DNA of 64,000 nt from Hormiphora californensis (GCA_020137815.1 CM035355.1:7192001-7256000), one strand, 5' to 3'. Shown: positions 1 through 14,329, numbered from the stretch's first letter. Notes: generated by a model not told the origin, from the sequence alone. Made by a program: numbers and translations.

Positions 1-289
1 TAAATCTTCTCTAGCTCACCACCACAACAATAGACTCGATTAATACGGCCACGGGCCACATGTGTGTCCTGTGAGTTTTCATACTAACCTTGAGAGAGAT
101 CTGGAAGTACTAACTACATTATGATGTTAGGAGAAATCATATTGTAGAACAAAGGGAGGAAGACTTTATTATGGGAAATATGATCAACCTTGATCTGCTG
201 AGTGTCGAACCCACACAGAGCGAGTGCAGTGTGAGCTACAACACAAGATCAACCATGCTAATATCTCACTTTTATCCCCCTCCCATCCA

Positions 290-3200
290 GGCATGTGCCA
301 CGGCCCTGATCCTGGCGTGTAACCCAGTAACTACAGACCCGCTGGTATCATCGTGTGCAGCTAGGGCCTTCTTCAGATATGGAGGGGAGGCATCACTAAG
401 AGGAGGCTGTCTGGCCACCTCTACTTCTGGACACAACGAGGTGAAAAAACATTAACCCACTAGACAAGAGAAGCATAATTATATCTCATCCGACCCTCAT
501 TTCTCTATCAATGATACAAATCTCCCCCAAACAGCTTTCCCAATCGCTTGGTGGAGCGGTCGTCCCTAACGAGGCTGTATACAGTGGCAAACATGCAGGT
601 ATCTGTCTCTACTTTGCTCGACTCCTGGCCCCTCTATGGGACGGGAAACTGGTTGAGGAAAGTACAACTCCGGACAAACAACTAGTTAGCAGGTAAAGAC
701 AAATTAGATTCACTTGTGTATATATGATAGTCATACAGCAGCTGCTATATATTGAAAACATTATGTGTCTTGATTTAACTTGATTATGTATGAAGACTAA
801 ATGTCACAAACTTCTATTCACGTATATGAAATTCCATGCCCATATGCCCATATATGGAATAATTTGTTTACAGATTCACTTGTGATGACTTGGCATGGTT
901 TACAGAGCAACTCACTGGACTGAAAGGGTTCCTTGATGAGTATGCCCCCTTCTCCCACTCCGACCTAACAGATTCACCCTGCCGGACTTCTCGCACTACC
1001 TCCAAAGTTCAGGTTAGCAGAGTTTTTATCAGGAACCGACCGAAACAAGTAAACAACCAATCAGAACTCGTTATCATCCAATCAGGGACCAGTATCTCCT
1101 GATTCGGTCGGTTCCTGGTTTTTATATTCTCTGTATGTGTCCTAAAACTAATTTGTAACCTTGCAATCTTGTTATCTTTGAAATCTTGTTATATTTGTAA
1201 TGTCTGTAATCCTTGTAATCTGGTATATCGTATCTCCCCAGGCGGAAGCATTTGAAAGGAATTCAGTGCTACAGCTAAGACTCCTAGTACAATACAGTGT
1301 AGAGGCTCTGGAGTTGTGGAGAGAGCTGTGTGAATACCAGTTTCACCTCATTGCGGAACGACTCCCAACTGTGAGTTTCTTACCCCCTCATTTTATCTTG
1401 TGATATTTTGTCACACGACTGTAACATCACGGCCCAGTCCGGAGAGGACAGTCTTTTGTGAGACAAGTGACATTCGGTCCTGCAATCGCCCATCATGTCC
1501 ATGATATCATTCTGTGTGTGCCCCGGATTCAGTCACACATTCCCTCCTTTTTCCTGTCGCGCGCGGGTAACACCTAACGCGCGTTTAATGAAAGCACACT
1601 TTTCAGCGTTTCTATTGCGCGGCTCGCTCAGTTCGTCTTGCCGCTCTGTCCAGTGTGTTCTGACAAGCGCTCCTGCTTTTCCTATCTAACAAAACCTTTC
1701 AGCATCTTACTGTTTCTAAATCCTTTAATATACAGGAGATAAAAGAGGACCTATGTCGTGCTACGTTCCGAGACCTGGTAGTTGGAGGAAAGCAGATAAC
1801 TGTAGCGCTGATTAATGCTCTGATGGAGAGATACTTTGGAGATACAAATCTTACAGACGCCCTTTGTGCACGGTAAGTAACCCAATTCGTTTTTATAAAC
1901 AAGAAACTAACTGTGGCAGAGCTCTACAGAGGGGTATAATGGGGCCGGTGATTAGCTAAATTAAATTGAGCTTGCTCAATATGTGTCTCAGAAAGTAACT
2001 GTTCCTCTCCTCTCCCAGTTTACGTGAGATTTGTCCCAATTTGTACGGGGCAGCGGATCTGAAGACTACGAAAGCTAACGAGTTGCTACAAAGCGCGAAA
2101 CATCAAACAAATAAAACAGAACAAAACTCAATGCTTCAGAAATCCCTGGAACTTTACAAGTAAGAAATCACACCTTTTATTGGAATGCGGAAATCCCCGT
2201 AATTATTGATCCTGAAATCCAACGAGTCTCAATTGTCCATATCATTACAACAGAATTATATCATCATGAGACTCATATCAAGCTGGACAACCAAACAATT
2301 GTTTCAATCCTTTATAAAGCTAAATTAAAGATCTAGAACAAATAGACCAGGGGAAACTAATGCTGACAATAGACCACCTGCTAAATTCCAATATTTTATC
2401 TCTCCCTTCAGACAGGTGACAGTTAATATAGACCTATCGGGGATTTGCAATCAATACGCCTCTGTGTGCTTCTACGAGGGTATTGTCGAGTTGTGTCTAG
2501 CTACTGCAGAGAACCAAGATAACCAGAATCTCGCATTGCATCTCACACATACTGGTAAGAGTGGTGGTAACTAGTAGTTACACCCTGGTAACCAGTAGTT
2601 ACACCATCATGGTAACCAGTAGTTACACCATGGTAACTATAGTAACCACAAAGGCCACGAAGGGAATGAACTAGCAGACTCCCTCGCCAAAAAGGGAGCA
2701 CAAGAGATTGAAAACATCATACGCCCTCCAATCCCGAAGAAAGCCGCCTATGCGGCCCTTAGGGAAAAGACAAAAATGACAACGGCTCCAACGGCTCACA
2801 TGAATCTTTTCTGGAACCCGAACCACGTCAAACAGCTCCAGAAACTGGACCGAAACCACTTGAGAGCGGCAACCCAGCTTCTGACTGGGCACAACACACT
2901 TAAATACCATTTTCACAAGATGAAACTAGCAAACACTCCAACCTGCCGCCTATGCGGCATAGAAAATGAAACAGCCAAACACCTCCTCACCGACTGTCCA
3001 GTTCTCTGGAAACAGCGGCAAGAGAGGTTTGATCGGCTTGGTTTAACCCTCGATGACATCAAGAATGGCTTCCCGATCACCAAGACTGTTTCATTCTTCA
3101 TGGATATCCTGAAACAGTTAAACCGGGGGGAAGAGGACTAACAAATCCAAACCCCAAAACCAGGCCGGGGAAAGGAATCACTTTGGTACCACCCCTCTAT

Positions 3201-5570
3201 CTCACCTATGGTGGAGACGGCCTAATAGAAGAAGAAGAACTATAATAACCAGTAGTTTCAACCCTGTACTATTTTCACAGGAGAGGACCAGGGAGAACAA
3301 CTGTTAGTTGCAAGACGGCACTGTTATCTACCAGTTACAAATACACTAAACAATCTTCTGGCAATGTCACAGGGTGCCAGCGGAGTCCAGAATAGTGCAG
3401 GTAATGTCCCATCTACGATGTTTGGGCTGCTATTATAGAATAACTAAAGTTGTGGTTGTTTTTTCCCTTTTTCTAGGCTGCACCAGAGCCTCTGCATCAG
3501 TGCAGCAGTCACATCATATGAACTGCTCTCTAAACTTCGTCCCCCTCACTTGTTGAGTTCCCACCCCTTACTCAACAAGTCCCCCGTCCCAGGTGTTAAA
3601 ATCAGCAGTGCCGCAGAGGCAGAGCGACAACTAACAGAGATGCTGCATTATTGCTACTCCAGTACTGACGAAGTGTTCCACGTGTTCCTGTATGAGTGGT
3701 TGATTGGTAATGGCCTAATTAGCAGGCTGTTGGAAGTCAAAAGTAGTTTCCTGGAGCCATTCCTGCGGCGTACAGCCCGGCAACCAGACAACCTTCAGAT
3801 ACTGTGAGTACACACTACCCGGGGTAGATGATATCGTATTTTTTTTTGCTCTCGAATGCTGTGACCGCGGTTCTAACGCTCCGCGAGAATAGGGTCAGGC
3901 CAATGCTCGGACAGTCTCGAAGGGGGGGGGGGGCCGGGGGGGGGGGGGGCATAGTGAGACCCGTCCCCCCACTTCACCCTCACCTCTGTATAATAACTGC
4001 ACCTCCATTACACGCTTCCCTATTTCACTGTACCTCTTACTCTACTATTTCACCCTTATCTCTGTATAATCACCTCCAACTCTACTAGTGACATTATGTG
4101 GAAGTACTACGAGAAGGAGAGGAACTACAGTGCAGCTGCACGCATCCTCGCCAAACTAGCAGACCGGGATACTGACAAGTTTACACTTTGGGACAGAGTG
4201 GACTACATCTCCCGAGCTATCCTGTGCGCCAAGGCTTGTAGCACTACTCTGAATAACGATGTAGGTGTCTATCTTGTACTTATCTTAATTTGAGGAGAGA
4301 TATGAGTGTATCGTGATTTTAATACCCTCTTTTTAAAAAAAGAGGGCAACACGAGACAGCTTGAACCAGTACCCATGGAGTGGTGTATTTTTACAATTTC
4401 CCCTAGTCCCAGGGAGAATTCCTACACGAGCTAGAAGACAAAATGGACGTTGCCCAACTCCAACTCTCAATCTACTTCTGCCCTGGAGCAACTAACGGAG
4501 AACAACCCCGGGGTTGCAGTAGCCCTAAAATCCCTCAACTCCCTAGTCGACATCTCAACACTATACTCTGAATACGCCGAGAAGTTTGAGTTGGCGGAAT
4601 GCCAACTTGCTATTGTGCACTGTGCAGGACACCATGATCCCATGCTTGTCCAGAAGTTGTGGAGGGAGTTGTTGAATCAGGAGTTGACGAGTGGGGCTCA
4701 CCTTCCAATGGTGTCCATGATGAACAATTTGAGGAGTAAGATAGAGGTAAATATCTGGATTCTGATAGCAGTTATTGTTGCCCTAAAAATAGAATTAGTT
4801 CCTTGTATTCAGACAGTATTCTACCAATGTTTCATATACACAATACTTTTCAGACATTGGGGAGGACATATCAAAGCTCAGAAAAGTTCTTCCCCCTGCA
4901 ATTCCTTGTCCAGCAGCTGGAGGTTATTGCTTGTAAAGGTAAATTTCAGATGAAGCAACCCCCTCTAAACCTCCTCTAACTTACAGAGTTTAAAGTCGGT
5001 CCCCAGTTTCCTAACTACACTCCGCTCTCACTATAATGCTGATATTACCTCCAGCCTCCTAACTCCTCTTCTCTCCAGGTGGTTGGGGTGAGGGTTGGGT
5101 TGTCGAAACACTCCTCTCAATCCCTGTATCCTACCCTGCCCTCCACTCAACCTACTCCTCCCTCATTCAACTAAAGCTGCCATGTTGGAACCAGCTAGGT
5201 CAACCCTACCACCTTCACATCGCTATGTCACTCCTTCTCTCTTCATACGTTCAGCACCTCAACTCCGTGCCTCTGGCAGAGAGGAAACCCTTGCTGGCAT
5301 CTATCCAGGTAAACCATCACCCCGGGGGCCTTGTTTAACAACCACTCCTGCTGCCCTGACCCGATAAAACTGCCGAGTTATAAAATGGGTTTGCTAAACC
5401 ACCATTGAGTTTCCCAGTTTCAATATTAAAATGTCTCACCACTCTAATAATTTCAGGATATTATCGATGCTTATGTAGTTGACCTACAAGCCAGTACTAA
5501 TGTGGGGGCAGACGTTACCTCCGCTCTATCCCGGTTCAAAGCTCTTCAGGCTGGCTTCAACAAATACTGA
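290..5570 (+). CDS. NUP155: Nucleoporin Nup155, 3' portion (about 14 exons; gene starts upstream of the window)
   Basis: Spliced exons give [10 protein letters not shown]...[82 protein letters not shown] and [24 protein letters not shown], all Nup155/Nup170 motifs. Introns are GT-AG and the stop TGA is at 5568-5570. Confidence 0.93.
1030..1117. mobile_element. hAT-like MITE (short internally deleted copy) in a NUP155 intron
   Basis: TIR CAGGAACCGACCGAA...TTCGGTCGGTTCCTG with a perfect 8-bp TSD GTTTTTAT. A second copy is at 39121-39229. Confidence 0.85.
2648..3237 (+). mobile_element. 5'-truncated non-LTR retrotransposon (I/LOA/R1-like): RNase H end plus C-terminal CCHC domain
   Basis: [16 protein letters not shown] (RNase H end), [10 protein letters not shown]...[19 protein letters not shown], (GAA)n tail, and a flanking near-duplication AACTAT(A/G)TAACC-like of ~13 bp. 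Lies in a NUP155 intron. Confidence 0.85.
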
Positions 5571-6308
5571 GAGATAAACTGAACTATTGAGAGACTCTTT
5601 TGACTAATTTATGACTGTGGTTCAATGATTCCTTAAATTAATTCTCGGATTTTTATTGGTTATGAAAGTGCTGTCCTAGCTTCGTCGCGAACACTGTGAG
5701 CGTGCCTTGCCCAAATCCAGTGTGACCTATAGTATATATCATGTCGCATATCACTATCTGCGAGATTTAATTCGTGATCATGTCAACGCCGCCAGAGAGC
5801 AGTGGGAATTGTTGTGACTTGAAGCGGGGATAGCAGTATGGTATTATGGTAGTTGGGACTTGGGAGATAACCATAGCTGTGTCTGCTCCCTCCTGGCCTG
5901 TATGGCGGCGCCCATGCCCCAATTTGATTCTCAACGACAGTGCACTCAGATGGGGTCGGCTCCTGGCCGAGAAGGGTATTTACTGAATAATAAAAACACA
6001 GAATTTTATTTTAAGAAACTGTTTTAAGAAGTAACACTCACACACACTTGATAACACATAAAAACAACGTCCGTTAAATAAACCTGTCTTTCTGCCGTCG
6101 CAGTGAGAGAGAGGGTTGAGCAAGGGAACTTCCAACCGTTCATTGAGAACGCGGCCCAAAACCCAAGCACCTCAAGCACTATGATTATTCAACCAATTCC
6201 ATCTTTAAATTCCCTAGTTTGCCCTATTATTCCCGAATCCCGATTATCTGACGCATTCACAAGTCTCAAATAATAATACGCAAAGTTAAACTGAGATAAA
6301 CAAGTCTT

Positions 6309-7673
6309 TAATCATTTCCATCGCTTGCTGCTGTCGAATTAGCAGCAGGACAGTCTTTAATCTGACAAAACACGTCTCTGTTCGATTTTAAAAGGCTCCA
6401 TATTTGTGTGGCTGTGACGGAGGATTTCACTGATTCCACCCGATCTTCCAAGACTGCGAGAAAGATTAAATGTTAACATAAAATATGGGGAACATAAAAT
6501 TGTATCAATATCATTAAATGGCACGGGTGGTCGTGAAATTGAAGCCAAACGAAATACAGATCAAAATAAGAACAGTACTTACGTTCAATAAGTTGCCGTA
6601 ATTGTCGATACAACAAATTCAACTCCGTAAAATCATTCTGAAAGAGAGATAGATTTAAACCTTTCATACAAGACAAATGCATCAGTTGCCAGCGCCCCTC
6701 GTGCGGAGACTGTCCTCAAGAGGGAGTGACAAGTGTGGGAGAGGGGCTTGGTATCGAAGACACCTCACACTCAGGGAAAGGGGCCAAGTTTACAGTTCCA
6801 GCTGCAAACAGCGTGGGTGTTTTTGCGTGTTACGCGCGCGTGTCTGTGCAAATGAGGTTCAATGACAACAGAGCATTTCACCACATTCCACTCTTCGCGC
6901 GTTACAACATTATACCTTTTCTTGCGCAGTGAGAAGTTTATGTGATTTATCCATCTCACTTCTAAGTGATGTTAGTTGCTCGTTAAGTGACCCGATAGTT
7001 GTTTGTGTTGATGTCCAGGTCAGTTGAGTCCGTAGCAGACTGTCAACATCGTTTGACAGGCGTATCACTGCAAAAGAAAATGTGTCTTTAGATTTGGAAA
7101 ACGACTCAAATGACAACTATTGCGGTATCTCTGACCTTAATGTTTTCTTAATGACACAGTAAAATACAGGAGGTATTATTTTCTCGATCATACAACTTAC
7201 CCTTAACCTCTAGAGTCTCCAATCTGAACTTCATACTAATGACTAGCCATGCCAGGGTTGCTATGAGAACCAAAGCCATGAAACCTGTTGCTGTAAAGAA
7301 AACATTCCTCCAAACTGATCCACTGTTAGCTAACTTAGCATACCGCCTGAAGGAAAGAGTTAGGAATTACAAAGAAACAAAGTGAAAGAAACCCGAAAAA
7401 ATACATTGCTCAGGCGACTCAAATGCAGAGAATATATGGTTGAAGGACATCTGACCGTGTCGTAATATAGTTGAAACGGCCACCTTTGCGCTATGATTAT
7501 CGAAAATTATTAATTTTTAATTACCGTTTGTGTTTTCTAACAGGGGGAAGGGGATGTGGGCCATCATGATCACTATTGCTACTGGATCTTGTAGCCAGTA
7601 TACTGTAAAACTGATCTCCCTCCCTTGTTCGCTCAATAAAAACGGCGTGGTTTCGGTCTCCTTTTGCCTTCAT
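6309..7673 (-). CDS. Uncharacterised type II membrane protein with coiled coil (multi-exon, frame problems in this assembly)
   Basis: Minus-strand exons with GT-AG ends encode MKAKGDRNHAVFIERT..., a TM segment VFFTATGFMALVLIATLAWLVISM, and heptad-rich SLNEQLTSLRSEMDKSHKLL / NDFTELNLLYRQLRQLIELLEDRVESVK, ending ...DGND*. One junction near 7120-7200 does not keep frame. Confidence 0.5.
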
Positions 7674-7699
7674 TTTATTCGGTTTCGTCTATATCACTC

Positions 7700-9690
7700 T
7701 GGGGGGAAATAAAATTTTGGTCACGGGGGTAAGGGGTCAAAAAGGGGAAGTATTTTAAAAGAATCGTTTTAAAAATTTTTGGAAAAGATAAAAGAGGGGA
7801 AAAAAAAAAAGAAAAAAAAATTTGAACTCTGCAAAAGGGGCTTTCTCTTCACTACAAACCCCCCTTCTTCTTAACCTGCTCCGGGGGACCCACTGCATTC
7901 TAAATTAAATGGTTATTATTTAATCAATATAAGGCTTGGGTGGGGGGTTATTAAAAGGGAGGGGTTAAAAATAGGGAATGTTAGGGGGGGTAACTAACTA
8001 AAAACGATAATTAAAACCTTTAAAAAAGTGAAAATTTTATTAAAAGACCAAAAGAATAACAAATTTTTCATCATGCTTTGATTTCATTATAATTCTATAG
8101 AAAATCTAATCGTGAATGTAAACACCGATAAATAATGGAATAAAATATCTGTCTCATCTCACTAAAAACCCTTGACTTCAATGTTCTTCTTTACTTCTTA
8201 CTTTTCATCAAATATATTGCTTCCCTCTTTTTAGTCCTAACAAATGGCACTGATGTGCTAATATCAAGTCCTGCAAAAACATAAAACTTCTCAACAACTT
8301 TTTGATGGGATTTCTCTCCCTTTGAGGGTTCCACTAGGAGGATTCGTAAACGGGTTTTTCAAAGTAGGTTTCTGTTTTACGTGTTCCTTGCGGGACCGTA
8401 AGAGATTCACACTCTTTTCCCAAAACCCGATAAACAAGGGGGGGTCCCAAAAAACCCAAAATATTTTTTTGCCCTTTGGTTTTGGGGGCTCCACCCATGT
8501 TTTCTTTGCAAAAAGCTTGATCCTTTGACAGAAAGAAAGGGGGCAGGGAAAACATTAAGAATTGCAATGATTCTTTTTAGAAAATAATTTGGGAACAATT
8601 TTAACTTAGAAAAAGGTTATTGCCAAACCCAATTTTTATAAAAAGTGGTATTAATCCCAATGGGAGCTTTTTTTAAAAAATAAAGTGAAAACCCATCCCC
8701 CGGGGAAAAAATGATCCCGGTAGAGAGGTTTTATAAAATTTAATTTAAGGAAAAAGGAATCCAAATTTTTAATTTGAAACCGGGAACAAATGCAACCCTA
8801 ATAAATTGTCGGATTGTTTTAAAAAATTTGGGTTTAAAATAAATAGGGAAAAGAGAAAAAAAGAAAAAGAGAGAGAGGGGAGGAGAAGAAAAAGAAAAAA
8901 GAAAGAGCGGAGAAAGAGAGGGGGGAGAGAAGGAGACAAATAGAGAAGGGGATACATAGTGGGGGATGGGAAGAGGGAGAAAAAGAGGGGGGGAAGAGAG
9001 AGAAAGAAGAGGGAAGGAGAGAAGAAAGAGAGAAGCAAAAAATAGGGGGGGAAAAAAAGTAAGAGGGAAAACCCCCCTCCTCTTACCCTTCTCGGGGTTT
9101 TGGGGTTTACCCCCTGGTTCCCCTTTCGCCTCTTTTTCTTTTCCTCTTTTCTTTTATTTCCCCCCCCTCTCTCTCTTTTTCCCCTTTTTCCCCTTCTTCT
9201 CTTTTCTCTTTTTTCTTTTTTCTTCCCTTTGTTTTCCTTTTCTTCTTTTCCTTCCCTTCTTTACCTTAAAATTTTTTGTTCCATTTCCTTCCAACCCTTC
9301 TTAAAATTTCCCTTCCCTCTTTTCCTCACCCCTTTTTTCACTTGGCCTTTTTAAAAAACCGTGTTGGAAAACCTTCTTCTCTTTTAATTTTTTCTTTCCT
9401 TTTTTCCCACGCCATTTTTCCAACTTCGTACCCGTACAAAAAAAGACCCCCCCCCCCCCCCCCCCCCCCGAAAAAACTTGCAAATTTACCATCACCCTTA
9501 ATTTTCCCAAAACCAATCCCCCAAAACCCCCCCCCACCCCCCCCCCAAAACCCCCCCCCCCCCCCCCCGTACCTTAATTTTTTTTTGTTTCCCATTTCCC
9601 CCTTAAACAAATTTTTAAACATCTATAGGCCTCTTCCCCTCCCCCGGGGGATTTTTAAACCCCAATTATTGTTAACCATGAACTTTCAAG
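7700..9690. other. Low-quality (homopolymer-garbled) assembly segment, probably hiding the last ALG12 exons
   Basis: Almost all runs are inflated homopolymers. A PGG-like remnant (cf. ALG12 NYPGG) is visible near 9640 on the minus strand. Confidence 0.75.
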
Positions 9691-9706
9691 TTAACCATGA
9701 ACTTAC

Positions 9707-10215
9707 AGGTAATGTTAACTAGAAGACATCCCATGGTAGCAAGTTTAAACACTAGACCCTTGTTCCAAAGGCTGGCAATAAAACTGGCTGCTGCCACATT
9801 TAACAGGGGAACCGCATACAGCACAAATCTGAGAGAGGAATCTTTGAATCAAGGAGTAGGTCGTTAAAATGCAAAACAGAATGGGTCCGATCCCTAATTA
9901 GTATTAGACAATTTTGACCGGTGATCTAAGTTTTCACATTGCACCGTTTCCGCCGGTTACAGTGCACTGTGAAAACTTAGACCACTGCAAAACACTAGTA
10001 ATTATAAAGTAAAATACCGTTGCAGTGGTATGTGAAAAATTAGACACTTTCTAGTCACACACACAGTATAAACATTAAGTCACTACTGCACACGCCCTAA
10101 CCCTTATCTTTTCTTCCCCTCTGCAACTATAGGTCACGTGATCGTCACGTGATGGCACCACCCCAATGAGCGTCCTGCATCTGCTTTCCCTCTCTGCCTT
10201 CGATTCTCTCTTTCC

Positions 10216-10291
<76 letters not shown>

Positions 10292-12904
10292 CTCATTCTC
10301 TTTCTCTCTCTCTCTCACACTCAATCTTTATCTCGTTCACTCAGTTTGTTTCCAAAATCATCTAATAAAATTAGATGACTGCTTTTACATGCTCTATTAC
10401 ACAACAATAATGTTAAAGATTCTTTCACTTTTAGACCTCGCAGGCTCGGCCCAAAAGTACAACTACAGAGCTCGCAGGCTCGCTCAGTAGTTACACTTAG
10501 CGTGCCTCGCAGGCTCGGCAGCTAAGTAAAAGGATCTACCTCGACCTGTCGGTCTCGGTTCATTATTGTTGTATTTAGAACACTCGGCCTTCGGCCTCGT
10601 GCACTAAATAGTAATAGACCATTTTAACCAGTCATCTAATCATATAGTAACTCTCCCCCTAGCATCCCCTAATTAGTAGTAACTCTCTTTGATGATCGTG
10701 TATAAGAGTAGAGACATGTTATTCATTGAGTTCGGAAATACCACATGTGGAATCCACCCTAAGTCTGCCTACCTGAGTTCCTTGTGGGGGAGGAGCGAGT
10801 AGAGGCAGAGGAAGAGCAGGGCAGGGCTTATGAACTTAAGGACCTTTCTGTCGAAGAGAGAGCCAGCAACGGCGAGAGGGAGAGCTGTGAGCATAGCTCG
10901 GGGGAGTGCCGAGTAGAAATACCTGGGATTTGTAGATGATGGATATTAAAAAGCAGTTCTAGTTAATTGAAACATAGCTAATTATTTCCTTGGAGGTAGT
11001 CTCCCTTTACTGTACAGAGGTAAAATTAAACCTCTATTTACCGAGCACCTCGATATACCGTGAATTTATCCATCCTCCGACGAGTCCGGTAAATCGAGGT
11101 TCGTCGTTCGACTATAACAAGGCACTCAAAGCTTAGCAAAGGTAGCTCACCATAACATGGGCTGTGTTCCCCAATCACTACTCTTATTCAGCCAAGTATT
11201 GTAGTACAGAACCACGGCCTCGGGCCACACCGTATACCTCCACAGATAGGTGTCGATAGAACAGCAAACGAGAAGTAGCAGGGCTGCAGTCTGGATACCC
11301 GGCATTAAAATCTGGGAGGAAGGAGGAATTTAGGGTTGATAAGTGACACGATGTTTGTAATCAGTAATTTTATTGCGTGGCAAGCTTTCTGGTTGCAAAA
11401 ATGTACCCAAAACAATAAATAGTTCGGCCGACAGTTTTGTATATAAAGGTCTCATAAAAAGGAACAAGTTTCAAAGTGATAGTCGAACCCTCACAGTGTC
11501 GCACGTGGTATCCCACATAGCATCCCTCGCACAGTACACAGAATGACAGTATTTAGCAAAGGCCAAGGTTCTCTCATCGGACATCTCACACGCACACACA
11601 TTCAAGTCTTGCTTACGTCATACACTCACACACACGTGCTTACGTCACCAGGGCATCCTAATCCCAACACTATCACGTGGTAGATAACCACGTGACTCTT
11701 CCGTAACCGGAGGTGCAACCGGTAAAGCGATCGGTATAACTGCAGCATATATAGTGCTTTGTGGACAAGAGTGGACTATATTGGGGCTTTTTTAAAAGCT
11801 ATATTTGTTCTGTCGTAGTGAATCATGATTATCCCATGCTCAACCCATTTTGTGTACAAATACTGGAAAACATTATAGGCGTCATTATGCTTCATAAATG
11901 GGCTTTCTTCGAACATGGATAATGCTCTGTGCATTTAAATGGCTTTGAGCCTTTGACAATCATTGTCCAGTACACAAAGTGCTAAGAAAGTTGGCTGAAA
12001 ACAAGTGCTTATTTTCGGTTTAAAGACTACCTTTTCTCTCTTCCTTTCTCTCTCGCTCTGTCTTCCTATCTTTCTTACCTCATCCATCTTCAGCTTCTCC
12101 TTGACTAGTTCCCAAAGCAGCATGGGACCAAGAAGTATCATTAGCTCAGAACGGAAGATAAGCACAGCCAATCCTGACCACCTGGGAGAAATTAAATCTC
12201 AAGAACTTTCTAAAACCATCTCTCTTCTCTCTACCTATTTCTTCTTCTCTCTCCTCCAGACCCTACCGAACAATTCTCACCATAGAAAGTTTTCCCACTG
12301 CTTGGTGACCCAGTAGGCAGTGGCAACCAACATACAGCACATTCCAAAGGTATTGGGCAGTGTCCGGGAGGCGTAGAACAGGAAATGGAACTGAGAACAT
12401 GTTATAGCCACCAGTAGGTAACCAGTCTAAAGAGGGGGGTGTTGGTTATTTAGCGATCATAATAACGATGAAACAGCAGCAATATTACAACTAATACATA
12501 CTACATAACAACAACAGATGGCATCTAAAGGAAACACGTTATAGGATTTAATTACACGAGCACGTGTCAGTGTGCCTCAATACATCTAACATTTACAGGG
12601 ACAATCTACCAATACAAACATACAGCAGTGTTACAGGACTCAACACAGTGTACAAAAAGTAGAGGAGGGGGTGACTCACCAAATTACCGAATGCCTTCTT
12701 GACAGCCCTTCTGAAGGTACTGAAAGCCCAGACCACATAGAATCCCAGCACAGCACGTGCTATCATGTAGGTGGCTGCCTTGGTGCAGGATGTTAGGTAG
12801 CTGATTAGACCCGTGGGTAGTGCTACAGTTATAGCTCCCATGAAGGTACGTGGAACTGATCCTGGGTAGAGGGGTGGAGAGGTAGAGAGAGGGGGGGTAA
12901 ATAG

Positions 12905-12941
<37 letters not shown>

Positions 12942-13557
12942 AGAGGGGTAGAGACTCTATATTAGAGAGGGATAGAGATAGGGGTAGAGGGGTAGTAAAA
13001 GTGTAAAATAATAGGGAAAAGAAAAACACGAGTCCTTTCTAAAACACATCTAGCTAAACATACCAGGAAAAGTAATATGGTCGTAATAGTACAAGTACTT
13101 TGTGTTGTAAATGATATCATGTATCGCCTGGGTATTGAAACTCTCTTCTACCTGGTTAGTGGGAGACATGTTGTTTGGTTTGGGGACCCAAGAGATAATA
13201 TTCGAAACTGAAGTTACAAGGAAGGAACACAAATGATAAATGTAATGTCTAACATGAAAGCCAGTCATGGAATAACTCAGATCGAATATATTATCCAGTC
13301 AGACACCGATCTACCAGATTCTCGGAGGAAAGGATTTTGCCCGGTCATTCGGGGTGTCCAGTATATATCAGGGTCAAATAATGTTAAATTCCTATTCAGG
13401 GAGAAGTTTATCCTCCCGTTAAATCGGGGTCCGACTGTACCTTTTTTCTACATATTGCTACCTTGTTGTAGGGACAGCAGGAGAGATAGAAGAAGATGAC
13501 ACCCAACATGATAAGCTCATCTTTCTTTAGTTTGAACTTTACCACATCTTCTGACAT
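9707..13557 (-). CDS. ALG12: Dol-P-Man:Man7GlcNAc2-PP-Dol alpha-1,6-mannosyltransferase ALG12 (3' end lost in garbled region)
   Basis: Exons 13557-13462, 13151-13064, 12861-12680, 12426-12281, 12181-12079, 11311-11151, 10922-10773 and 9828-9707 splice in frame: [81 protein letters not shown]. Confidence 0.93.
10370..10640. mobile_element. Non-autonomous DNA element with ~30-bp imperfect TIRs and five internal hairpins
   Basis: ATTAGATGACTG...CAGTCATCTAAT termini and repeated CTCG-x-CTCG hairpins. Lies in an ALG12 intron. Confidence 0.65.
13296..13437. mobile_element. Tc1/mariner-pogo-type MITE (CAGTCGGACCCCGATTTA family), diverged
   Basis: CAGTCAGACACCGAT...ATCGGGGTCCGACTG followed by TA. 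Confidence 0.7.
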
Positions 13558-14329
13558 CTTTTATCAGCACGCTATCTTGAAAGAGGGGGTTAGATCGAGA
13601 TGGTCAAATTGGGATTTAGATTCCACAATGATTTGAGAATAGCGAATTTTGATGCACGGGTAGTTGGATGTATTGTTGTAAATAATAACTAGATTGAGGT
13701 GTATGTCATATCCATTTAAAAACACTGTAATATATGCTCAATAGGCAGCCGATGATATGCATACACTTTCGACCAGGGCCGGTGGGGGGGGGGGGGGGGG
13801 GGTGGCACATTGAAAATGTGTGGCCAAGTAGGGGGATATTATCACTGAATAACGTCTGCCAAATATTGTGTAACTGTGTTGTGGTGGTAACCATGCTTAC
13901 ACATTGTGGTGGCATGTGGTAACCAGAGTTACACAATACACATTCTGTTCACTAATAACTGTATGGGATTTGAACAGTGGAAAAGTAATAAAACACCGGT
14001 TAGTCTGAGAGAAAATGATTGTAGTCAACAAATATTGTACAGAAAACAGCTATGTTATCACAATTATATATTTTACCTTTTATACAAATTATATGGAACC
14101 TGGGGTTGTCACTGCGCTGGCAAGCACAAACGTGGTTATTTCAACTAGCAAAACTGGGGCGATCGTACCGATCGCAAATCGAGGGGTCTGTTTCTATGTT
14201 TTTCTCTCTGCCTGTCTGCTATATAATGCTATGTGATGTGATCACTCTCTTTCTTTCTCTCTCTTTCTCTCCCTTTTATACATGTGATGTGACCCCCCAA
14301 GTCGCAAGCAGTTCTCAACACGTGTGATA

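Noticed and set aside
8291-9722. Many overlapping F/K/G/P-rich ORFs
   Set aside because: They arise from homopolymer-garbled low-quality sequence.
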